A DNA stretch of 64,000 nucleotides from assembly GCF_000485595.1 (NCBI RefSeq), contig NW_014577064.1, positions 370,479-434,478 on the forward strand, read 5' to 3'. Position 1 is the first letter of the stretch. Every line of letters begins with the position of its first letter. Below, piece after piece: positions 52,836-64,000 of the stretch. The notes beneath the pieces were generated by a model that saw nothing but the letters and a program-made list of their open reading frames with translations, was not told the origin of the DNA and did not search any database. A program made the translations under genes and the position numbers. Source of the DNA: Priapulus caudatus. Taxonomy: Eukaryota.

Positions 52836-55800
52836 TACGTACGTACGTACGTACGTACGTACGTACGCACGCACGCACGCACGCACGCACGCACGAACAC
52901 ACACACACACGCGCGTCGTGTGAGCAACTTGCACCTTGCACGTCGCAATCGTTTTAATGCACCTGTCGCAATCGAATGAGGGCAAGCACTTAAAGTTTCG
53001 CGGTCGTTCGGGTGTCACCAATTCACAAAACAATTAGAAATGGCAGTGCCCGGATTAGGGTCGGTTCTATATCAGCATAAAAACAACAGCGCTTAGCAGA
53101 GATCGACGTAGACTCGACCTTTACAGCGACGTCACCGCACGAGATTGCGCAATGCGGTGGCCGACGTTGGCGGTTTTTTTTTATAAAGGTGCGAAACAAA
53201 TGATTATTACTGATTGATGCATTATCATATCTCGAAGGAAATTCGAATCTGAAAACACGAGCACGCAATCTCGCTGCATTTCTTATAGCGAGTGTATTTT
53301 GTTTCTTTGTTTCTCGTTTGCGTCAGTTATTGATCGTAAGTTGACACCTATAAACAGCTAGGGAGTACAAGCGGCGCGTGGTGTGGCTTTTACCGTGGAG
53401 GCCATGTTTGTTTTTAATTCATGGAAGAATCGCAATTATACCCAACATCATCATCTCTACATATTTGGCTAACGCTCCATTAGGAGTGTTCCCAACTTTG
53501 ATATCATTAATGATTAATGATTGATAATCCTAACCCTAACCCTAACCTGAATTACATTAAACCACAAACTCATATATGACCATGACCATATATATATTGT
53601 AGTCGCTGGGTAATTCTGTTGCCAGCCAACTGTGCGCTTATAGGTGACTGCTATATGCGCCGTGTAATTGTTTGACTAAACTTACGAATGTGATAATAAA
53701 ATGAGAGTAGACTGATGTGGATTACAAACTGCCGTTTCACTATTGAATACTTACAAAATCAGTACAAATCACACAGGGTAGACTAGAGGTTTTCAGAAAT
53801 TCACACAAGTAACAGGGTTGAATACGGGTTTCACGATACACATATAATCACTTAACACAACAGAGGGGTGAGTACACGAGAGCCCCGTTTCTTCCGTGCG
53901 AGCTCTCTTATACCTCCCTTCGTCAACGGAGCCGTGAAACCCTCCCCCAATATGTTTCTCCCTATCACTGCTGACTACAGGGATAGTAGAGGGGTAGAAT
54001 TATTGTCTGTGGTCAGTTTGTGGAGTGGGATAGGGTAGATGACCAATGGTGAGTATTGAGTGGAGATGGGTTTACGCCCTCCTCCCCTCAGGCACGTGGG
54101 TGCTTCGTAGGTGGCATGACGTATGACGTATGACGTATGCTGGTTGATCGTTTACTGTAATTAAATATTTAACAGCTGTGTAGAAATAACTTTAGGCTAA
54201 TGTGTGTATNNNNNNNNNNTAAACTTACTTATAATCGCCTGATGATGAACTAAAACACATATTTACAAATGGGCGTTTGTTCTCTTGTTTTGAAGGTTTA
54301 TCGCGTCCACAGTGATCGCGTCAGAGCAAATCAAAGCAGCCAATCAGAGGAACCCTTTGCGCATTTGCGGTACGGAAAAAATAGACGCGTACCGGCCTGA
54401 ATATAGACAAACCCGGATATTTTGCACGAAAACTACGGCTTTACATACAAATGCCGATAATTTCCTGGCGATCGATAGCAGCGCAATTTAATTTCAAGAT
54501 CTTTTGTTATTTTAATTGCGGAAGACCGACTAATGACGGAATATATAATACTACAATCCACAATGGCCTTCCTATCCTTATTGTTGCCATAACAACCTAA
54601 TACTAATATACTTTTTACGCGATCCTGGCCAAAGGAGATAAGAGTTTACCTCTACATTTTTCCCACGTAAAACATCTATTATATCCTTACGACAATGGTA
54701 TCCGCTTTGGACAAAATGATTTCCCAAACAAGTACGCAGCGTCGTATCCATTTTTGTCTCAATTATTTTGAATTGTTCGGTTGGTTATTATTCCGTGATA
54801 AGTGCTAGCATATAGTAAATTAGTAACCGTATTCCGTTATATAATGAGAACGTCTGATTCCGCTTAAGCAAGCCCATTTTCTCTATTAAATTCACCAAAA
54901 TAATTCGTTATTAATTATAATAATTTTAACATTATTCTTTGATTATTTCCTTGTTAATTAATTTTTATGTTATTTTTTATGACCAAATTTAATTTCAATG
55001 TAGGGCCTATTGTGGGGTTTTACAGTCCCGCGCTAACTGCACTTTATTCTCTCGATGTATATACTTAATTACACCGGGTTCACAACAATACCGCTGATTT
55101 AAAATGCTGTGAATACGAATATAAGAAATGCTGCTCGATTGCTATACTCCGCATGCTATACAGTATTCGATGCACATATGTATTGTCGTGTATAGGCTAT
55201 ATATTCTATATTTATACATACGTTGCAATGCTTGTTGAATGTCATACTCCGTGTTACGATAAACATGTGCGTAGCTATGTATAGCTCACACATATTCTCA
55301 CGGTATTACTAATTAAGCCAAGCAACCTGAAGCTAACTAATGCACGCCGGTGAAGGTTTCCGCTACACGCAATTCCGCTCTTTTATCAGTGAGTAATTGC
55401 AACATCAGTCGGACGTTGTGCTGTGATTGAGAAGCTGATGATTTCCGGGCGAAACTGGATTGACCTCGATTTTGATCCTCCGCCGAATCTGTCGCAATAT
55501 TCTTAATTGCATTCCGTGATTAACGACGTCTTTAGCTGCCTTCCGTTTTACGACACTCGTATGCGGCTAGCCATTTTTTAATTTTGCGTCTTTTTAAACT
55601 CTCCTGATACGGACAAAATTTGCAGATTTTCTTCATAAGCATTCTCTTTTGACAGGTATCCGTTTTTTTTAATCGAGATTACTGTAAAGTACTCGCACAG
55701 TCTTGTTGACTTGGGGTTTACGCTCGCTTTTCGCGCATTGAACAGGTTAACCTGCGATTCTGTCACAACGGGCGTGCATTCCAGTAACAATTTTAATTCT

Positions 55801-55998
55801 TTCTCTATGCTATAACCTGCGCTCGCTGTGTGACATAACTCGGCATAGATTAAGATAGCGTCGCCATAGTTTGCCAGACAACACGCTGAGAACATTGCGC
55901 ATACATTCGCTCTCAGGTGCGTAACGTGATACTACATGCGCGGCTGTAACTCACCACACGCGCGAATAGGCCTAAAGTTTGTCGCTGCGTGCTTCCAG

Positions 55999-56170
55999 CA
56001 ATCTTGCGGAGAATGATCTGGCCCTGATGCCGACCAAAGGACTCATGAACCTCCAGGTGATTCAGACGTTCGGGAACAAACGCATGAAGGATTTCCCGCC
56101 GCCGGAGTCGTTTCCACGCATCGAGAGTTTGCATCTTTCCTACGTCTACCACTGCTGCGAGTACCCAGAG
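55999..56170 (+). CDS. rk: Last LRRs plus hinge cysteine motif exon (172 nt) of bursicon-receptor-like LGR
   Basis: cttccAG / GTACGC, phase 2-0; NLAENDLALMPTKGLMNLQVIQTFGNKRMKDFPPPESFPRIESLHLSYVYHCCEYPE; FPPPxxFPRIxxLxLSYxYHCC is characteristic of rickets/LGR2. Confidence 0.93.
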
Positions 56171-57441
56171 GTACGCACGCACACAGCTGCCGCGCCTATC
56201 TGTCTCATCCATCTCTCCTGTCGCATGCAAAGGCGCGCGACGGCGTCTGTTTTTCTTCTAAAATCGATCAATCATCATCGACACGCAATCTCGAGTTCAT
56301 AGTTAATCGCCTGTCTAGGTGAATATTTAATTAATAGCTGGTAATTGCCCCGTACACGCTCACGGTGACTAGCGCGACTAACGCATGTATTCACGTCATA
56401 TATACGCGTTCGCACAGAACGTGTTCCCGCGTGAGCCGTCGCGTCCGCATCACGTCACACACGGGCCAATTAACTGCTCCCACTGTCTGGTGATCTATCA
56501 ACTCATCGAAAATTAGATGCAAAGCGATTAGACGTAGTTGCAACAGCGTCGTCGTCGACTGTCGTTATATTGGAGATAAGTTATATGAGCAGAACATGTG
56601 TATATATATATATATATATATGTTATTATGACCATTAATGACATTAAAGTTGGGAACACTCCTAATGGAGTATCACCCACATATTTGACTGCGATTCAGA
56701 TTAGAATGATGTCGATTCTGATTGAAATAGTTTTTGTCTGTCTGCGAAAAATACGGATCACAGTAATGCGGCGTTCACACAGTGCCGATTATGGCTCCCG
56801 TTTGAGATCAGACAGCGCTACGACACAAAAAGGGAAAAAGTCGGATTACTATCCTCAATGATCTGGAATGTTCTATCATTGTCTGAACGCAGTCGTATAC
56901 GTTCGTAACAGAGTCCTACGGATCGGGAATGCTCCGGAGAGGTCGGCCAAGCACTCCCGACAGTTAGGTGCGTCCCGTAACATTCGGGAAACTCAGCCGA
57001 TTTTGTCTAGTCGGATTACAATCGTGACTATATGTCGTGACAGATTCTGCTGTAAAATCGTAACAATGTCCTGTGTTGTCTGGACGGTGTCCTGTGGATC
57101 GGGACGCTGTCGTGATGAACGGGCATGATCTGGAGAAATTTTTCATTGCCGTTTCTTGCCGATTGAGTCCAGATTGCGTCCAGATCTAACGGATGTCTTC
57201 CGTCAGCGTCGGTTCAGTGTCGGGTCACTGTCTGATCTCTGTCGGATCGCATTCGGGAGAATCGGGACGCTGTCGGGTCGTTTATTACCATGCAAAAGAT
57301 ACAAATCGGATCAGAATCGGATTGAGAACTGGAGAATCGGGACGAATTGGGCTGGAAACGGCTGAATCGGGACGCTATATGTATCTTCCCTATAGGCGGC
57401 CAAACCGCCCAAGCGATCTGGATGCAATTTTCACAGGGCCA

Positions 57442-58205
57442 TCTTTTATACCCGGGGAGTGTTCCTAGATGAAAAAAATCTGGCAAACTGTCAAACTCAC
57501 CTAAAAATCCGTGAAAAACCCGTCAATTCGTCAAACTTCCCGCAATGTCAGCACTCACTGTACAGTGCTGCCACACACACAGAAAAACCGATGACTATTT
57601 CTTGCCCTCGCTTCATCAGCTGTTGGTATTGTGAAACCGAAACCAATACTAAAACAGAGCACAGCCAGGACCAGTTCAGAGGTTACGACTGCATTGTTTA
57701 TCAAGAGGCTTTCAAATGAGAAGTGCAACCCATTCGTACATGCTGTTACGTGCCGTACGTGCTATACGTACATGCCGTACGTGAGGAGCTCAACAGTTCG
57801 AGACGCCAGGAATCTTTACATATTTCCACCAGAGAATAACACAAAAAACATTGTTTATCAAGAGGTTTTCAAATGAAAACTGCAACCCATTCATACATGC
57901 TGTTATAATAACTTTTCCTCATTTACACCATATTACTATTATGTTCCAGGGGTTCTAAGTTGGGTTGTGCTGTCATATAAATGTCATACGTAACAGTTTT
58001 CCCCCCTGTTCCAGGGGTTCTAAGTTGGGTTGTGCTGTCATATAAATGTCATACGTAACAGTTTTTTCCCCATGCTAAATTGTAAATATTGATATTCTGT
58101 GCAATGTTATTGTCGATTTTTACCCAATGTTCCTATTGTGTCCGATTATTAGTAGTATGAATTAGTAGCAAGATTTTACCCAGCGCAGCGGGTACCCACA
58201 GCTAG
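57442..58205 (+). mobile_element. Putative non-autonomous Helitron
   Basis: 3' end ACCCAGCGCAGCGGGT hairpin + ACCCACAG + CTAG followed by T; possible 5' A|TC at 57441-57443 (uncertain); internal tandem duplications at about 57690/57848 and 57944/58007. Confidence 0.55.
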
Positions 58206-58296
58206 TATATATATATATATATATACCTGTAGTCAACCACGCGCTATCCCTAATACGCAACGCGTGGAAGTAAGTATAACGCGTTTAGCGTCGTTT

Positions 58297-58490
58297 CCTA
58301 TTGCGCCGAACTCCGGCAAGCGAGTTTTTAAATCGTATAGGATGGCGACTGAAGATTGATAAATTATTTGTGCTTTAATACCCTGCCCCTAACCCTAACC
58401 GTAATCAGTCACCATCCTACGTCACCATCAGTTACCGTCCTATTCTTCACTCGCCATTCTACGATTTAAAAACTCGCATCCGGCAATAGG
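58297..58490. mobile_element. ~190-bp fold-back/MITE-like element with a CCCTAA core
   Basis: Arms gcgagtttttaaatcgta..atggcga.tgaaga and tcttcactcgccattctacgatttaaaaactcgc; outer cctattgc / gcaatagg. Confidence 0.7.
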
Positions 58491-59041
58491 TCTACCTCTG
58501 AAATTCCTGTATATAGAACGGATCTAGCATTATATATTCGCAGCTGGGCATCCTGTGAGCAGTATCGATTACTCGGATTATACTCGTATATTAAAAGTTC
58601 GTTTTATATTCGGCGTAATTCGCTGTGATGCGTGCACACAACGCGTATTGAAACTCGATGAAGCTCACACACGTTCCCAGGCGGCTTGGTGAGAGATAGC
58701 GTGGTTGAGGTGCTTGCCCGCGAAGCTCAGTCTCACAGCAACACACCGTGCGTACGCAAACGCGTAAAACTCAATTTAAAAGCGGATATTCCATTGCATT
58801 CGGTCTGCTATAAACGTGTTTATGATCTCAATGTTTGGCCAGGATGATTTATTTTTAATTATTTGTGTCTCCTTGTGCATCTGTAGCGTATCTATAAATA
58901 TGAAGTGAGGTGGCGTATGAGTCAACTCTATGGTAGCTTAGTCTGTATGATAATACTATACGTGCGCTTTTTGCGAAAACAATTTATAACTAATTATAAG
59001 CATGTATTATTCATAATTCACCGTGGAGCATTATGATTTAG

Positions 59042-59153
59042 GTGAGGGAGAGAGTGGAGACGGAGCTTTCAGAGGAGATCATTTGGCTGCAGAAGCCAGG
59101 CGACTACACGGATGCTGTCATCTCCGAGAACATCACAAACGTGCTGCACATAG
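59042..59153 (+). CDS. rk: Probable hinge-region exon (112 nt) of the LGR
   Basis: atttAG / GTAAGT; phase-0 start fits the previous exon; open frame VRERVETELSEEIIWLQKPGDYTDAVISENITNVLHI. Confidence 0.7.
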
Positions 59154-59331
59154 GTAAGTGCGTGTGTGTGTGCGCTGCCACGCTCAGGCGACACTGACCA
59201 CGGGTGGTGACCGCGACGAGATGTGCGTACATTAGCCCGCCGAGCGCGCCTTTAGCTGTTAATTGACTAATTACGTACATTTCCCCGCATTAGCCCACCA
59301 CGAGCCTCTCTTCCTCTCTCCCTCTGTCTCC

Positions 59332-59366
<35 letters not shown>

Positions 59367-59494
59367 TTTCTCTCTTTCTCTCTTTCTCTCTTTCTCTCTT
59401 TCTCTCTTTCTCTCTTTCTCTCTTTCTCNNNNNNNNNNNNNNCTCTCTCTCTCTCTCCCTCTCCCTCCCTCTCTCTCTCTCTCTCTCTCTCTTT

Positions 59495-59595
<101 letters not shown>

Positions 59596-62500
59596 GTCTC
59601 TCTCTGTGTCTCTCTCTATGTCTCTCTCTGTCTCTTTCTCTCTCTCTCTGTCTCTCTCTGTGTCTCTCTCTATGTCTCTCTCTGTCTCTTTCTCTCTCTC
59701 TCTCGCTCGCTCTTGTAATTGCGCGCCCGTAACGCTATACTGATGCAGGTGTCTTCATCGCTGCGGACACGAGCGGATGCCGCACAGGTGTGCCCCGCTT
59801 TCGTATTCGCTTAGCAACCGCATCTCCGTCGCAGTTACTTGAACTGTTGTTACTTCCGTACTGTTGAAGGGTGACGTGCCCTCGATCACGTAGCAAAGTG
59901 ACGGACGTGCTCTCTGGGCACTGTCGTCATGTGATCTCATTTCTTCCAATGAGCGCATGCTCTGGTAGAGCAGGCATTAAACTTGGTTCTCGTCCACCAG
60001 TAGATTGGCGCAACGTATCAACTCTCACATGTATGCAAAGCAGGCGACAATATCAAAACTTCCCAAAGTGCGACCTTCAATTTCCCTCCCCCTCCCTTCT
60101 CCCAACCAGATCATATTTTTTCACAGAGAATAATCGCTAGCATTTGTCGAACAATTTTTTTAAATTTGATATGCTTTTTGATTGTTAAAGCATTTAATTC
60201 ATTCAGAAACGTTCCAGATCGACCGCCTCGTATAGATGGAAATGCAGCATCCTGTTAGGTCGGCAATAAGCTAGAGGTATGATGAGGAGTGTCTAATATA
60301 GAGACCTGATATGATCACCGCGTCTCTACCGCGTCTCTGACACAGAGACAGCATAGTATGCATATCGACTTTGGCAATGCCGGATTCGCCACGACATCTC
60401 TTTTAGAAGAATCGTAAGAGCAGTTCTATCGTAGCAACTAAATCGCATATTGACGTGACAGCGCTCATTGCGGCTCTTCTCTTCACAAACCTGGCAGAGA
60501 CACGGCTACATCATTATTTCTTTAGATTCCCGGGTCTATATAGATTATTATAAATCACAACTACTTTATTATTGCAACAGATGCTCTATGCTATCGACTA
60601 CGCGATGCTAAACCATTAACGCTATGCCTCGGTGCGCCACGATATCCGCTACTATCAGCGTTTATCTCACACGGAAACTATATAATACCAGGAGCGAATA
60701 ATCATAGATCTATAAATAAACTATTATTGGGTTCACTCCTAATAATATGTATAATCAGAAGCTCTATGACCTCAGCTAGTGCAACAGTAATAATAAAGGT
60801 CGATGCTTTCTCCAACAAATATGACCCCGATCGGAAGAAAATTATAACATAATGAGAGCAGTCCGTGTAACAGCAGCTACCGTATAACACAGTTAGTTGT
60901 ATACAGAACATCTCAAGGATAGGTTATCTATGCATAGAGCGAGCATCAAATATTTTCTTACATGTTCTATCTGAATCTAAACGAACGGGAACGGAACTCT
61001 GACATAGTTCGCGTAGTCTACCGGCTGATAGATAAGCGATGAATAATTGAAATCGTTTACATTGTGGCGCAGCTAGGTTTCGATCCCCCCGAGCGTACAT
61101 TCATCTAGGATATGACATGTCGGACAGGCAAATAGGATTTTACGAATATATAATGAAATGGTGGAAGTTGCGTTGTCTGGGACTATAATGAGGTGTGCGT
61201 TCGAAAAATTGTAGCCGTTAATTGTAGCCGTTAATGTTTTTTTTCTTAGTTTCAACTCGCATCATCTCTGACTGATGTTTCATCGCTGTCGTCATCGAAT
61301 CCATGATACTTGCCTAATAATCTAGACAGCACGTCGGAACAAACTGCGAACGGATTCCAGATATGATATCATCAGGAGTAAGATAATATAGGTATATAAT
61401 ACAGATATCCTATATGATCTTACTCCTGATATCATCTAGGACATGTCGCTCGCTTCGTGCACGTCTAGACGCAATTTCAATTATCTATACCACGCAATCA
61501 TTAATGAACCGTCGTCCTTTGATTTCCGCCGAGCATCTCGTTTCCTCAGCGTGACAGCGTCTTCTAATATATCATCAGGTCGCGACCGACATCATCACTA
61601 TGGTTTCAGCAATCTCCTAACTTACATCCTCGCATGATGCATTTGGTTTTCATCATCCTCTGGCGAAATAGACTTCTGAGAAGTACGGCTACGGATGAGC
61701 CCGAACTCTCAACCAATAACAAAAAATACTCTCGTATATAAATGAATAGGGTGCTGGGTTAACTTGTTTTCAGAGCAGGTGAACGATCCACCACACTCGC
61801 CCTTTCTGTTATTCTCGTTTGGCGTGTACATCATATTTAATAAAGTTTGAATTTCCCGCCACGAATCACAGGATCTTGATCAGACTTTTGACAAATTTTA
61901 ATCGGGAATGGTCCTATCAAGGACGGCAGTTTGTGTGATTTTAGCGATTCACTCTAGAATATTTGTTAGCCTGCATTGGGAGCCAGCCGTAGTGCTTTTG
62001 CGCGTGTGTGCTTCGTTCCATCATCGTCACTACACGAGCCTTATTTCCCTCTGCCGACGAATCCCTGTCATGGGAAGGTAACGTCGTAGTTATATAATCA
62101 GCCGTTGATCGAGCACACTATTAGAACATAAGAGGAGATGCGATGTGAACTCTGGGCTCGTCTCTATGATAATGGTGCTGTAGAATTTCATTGCGTTCGA
62201 ATCCCTCGAGTGTATACAAACCAAGGATCACTATAAGTGACGTTCTTGGTTCTGATGAAACCAATACACGAGGGAGATGTGTGTGAGACGAGGGAGAGAT
62301 GTCTGTGGAAACCACACACACGAGTGGGAACGCCTCAAAATAAACTGCTGTGGCAGAAAGCGCGCGCGTGTGTGTCTTTGTGTGTGTGTGTGTGTGTATT
62401 TTTAGAAAGAAAGCGAGACACAAAAGAAGAGAGTTACGGGAGATATAGTGACGAGAGAAAGGGAAAAAGGAGAGAGACTAGAGGAGGAAAGTGAGAGATA

Positions 62501-62604
62501 GATAGGTGGATAGATGGGTGGATAGAGAGATAGAGAGAAAGAGAGCGACGGGGAGGAAAATTCTCTACTGTTTTTACTTACTTTACGATCTTGCTTTTTT
62601 CTAG

Positions 62605-62748
62605 GTACCTTGCCAGGAATGAAATAAGGTGGTTGGATGAAAATACCTTCGATGGCCTGTACAGCCTCCACGACCTGATTCTCTCGCACAATAGTCTGAA
62701 GAGTATCGGCGAAAACCTCTTCAAGAATCTTATTAAACTAAAAAACTT
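62605..62748 (+). CDS. rk: LRR exon (144 nt, two LRRs) of the LGR, out of expected order
   Basis: ttttctAG / GTATGT, phase 2-2; YLARNEIRWLDENTFDGLYSLHDLILSHNSLKSIGENLFKNLIKLKNL; the LxDLxLSxN repeat normally follows the CRELRVL repeat in rickets. Confidence 0.85.
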
Positions 62749-63264
62749 GTATGTTATCTATGTATTCAGTGGAGTGAAAGTACACACACACACGCGCGCG
62801 CACACACACATCGCTCTCTCGCTCTCTCTCGCCGTGCCCTTACTCTCCCACTCTTCTTTATCGCTACCCATTTTACTCATTTTGGTATGTTTTTTCTATT
62901 ATAAATGCATATTCTATATGAATATTTGTATTTTAGACAGATTGATAGATTAGCGCTTTATGCTAACATACTCAGTGTTTGCAATTATACCTGTCAAAAT
63001 ATACAATCATGCACACCACCAAATGTATCATATAGATGCAAAATACTTTGGCTATAAATTATACATTTTAATAATTACGCATGATATTATTATAATTTTA
63101 ATACTATTATTATGATGATTATCCAAATGGCATTAGAATAAATGTGCAACGATGTAATCTCTCACGCTCAATTGACGTTTCTCTCATAATTAAGACGTGA
63201 TTAAATTTCAACAACTACACAAAAGGTCATCGCCAAGGTCATCGCCAGGCTTTAGTATTCTATT

Positions 63265-63800
63265 CTTACCCCTAACCCTAACGTTAACCTAAACCTGACC
63301 CGGACACTAGCCATAGCCCTAACTTTAAACCTAACCATAACGCTAATTCCTAACTGAAATATTAACTCTATCAACTCTTAATCGTATTCTTAAATCTACA
63401 CCTCAGACGAACCATATAACCCTAAATATCGCTATAGCACCAACCCTAACCCTACCTGTAACCTTACCATTTCCGTAACACTAGCTTTAAGCCTAACCAT
63501 TTCCTTGACACTAGCTTTAAGCCTAACCATTTTCTTGACACTAGCTCTAAGCCTAACCCTTGTCCTTGTTCTAAATCGAGTCCTAACAGTATACTCGACG
63601 CCGATACTCGCAGTAAACCTATTTCGAAATCTAGCCCCAAGCTGATCCTCAAATAAACCCGAATGCTACTGTTAACCCGATCTATAACGGTTTACTAAAG
63701 GTAATTACCATAGCATTAACTGTGACCATAACAGAAGCGCAACATTTCTCGTAACCACATTTACAATACTGGTCACAGCATCAACCCTGACCCTAATAGC
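63265..63800. repeat. Degenerate (CCCTAA)-like tract with three 30-bp tandem units at about 63466-63560
   Basis: taaccctaa variants; taaccattt.cttgacactagctttaagcc three times. Confidence 0.7.
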
Positions 63801-64000
63801 ATCAACAACATTTCAGACAATTCAACAGAAAAAATTCGACAATTCTTAAATTTGACCAAATCAATACAGAAGTCCCATTCCACGCGCTAAATATCGCCCT
63901 GGATCAACTAACGAATATCGACAGGTCGGTAACTAGATCTCGGCGCGCATGCAACCATCGAATTTAACCAATTTTCGAGCAATTCAACCTTTGCCCAACC

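Noticed and set aside
52010..53033. 266-312 aa ORFs
   Set aside because: Open only because they run through the N-gap.
53715..54140. Possible solo LTR on the minus strand with a TATA-like GGTATAAGAG
   Set aside because: No second copy, PBS, PPT or target duplication could be identified.

Overview
Repeat-rich animal (probably invertebrate) genomic DNA with several N-gaps and long indel-rich stretches that look like uncorrected long-read gap fill (about 7.3-11.4 kb, 15.4-27 kb, 40.7-46 kb and 60-62.6 kb). The one host gene I can support is a + strand type-B leucine-rich-repeat GPCR, most like the bursicon receptor rickets/LGR2 (LGR4/5/6 family). Nine exon copies were read by eye at 5188, 27977, 31282, 37330, 38175, 39391, 55999, 59042 and 62605; the N-terminus and 7TM domain are not in the window. 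The introns hold a decayed antisense Ty3/Gypsy (Mag-like) LTR retrotransposon (about 31.5-36.6 kb), R4/Dong-like non-LTR 3' ends in (TAA)n, a PIF/Harbinger-like MITE, Helitron-like ends, a 5.5-kb 21-bp satellite and many microsatellites. Main oddities: (1) an identical, frame-preserving 2-LRR exon present twice, on either side of the Gypsy, with the block bracketed by perfect inverted hairpin elements; (2) one LRR exon out of collinear order; (3) a ~6-kb inverted copy that joins two segments lying 24 kb apart on the + strand; (4) a nested palindrome array with flip/flop loops; (5) a tandem array of branch-point-like motifs. Several of these could be assembly or haplotype artefacts. I found no clear-cut new biological system. 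Protein family calls rest on recalled motifs, not on database searches.
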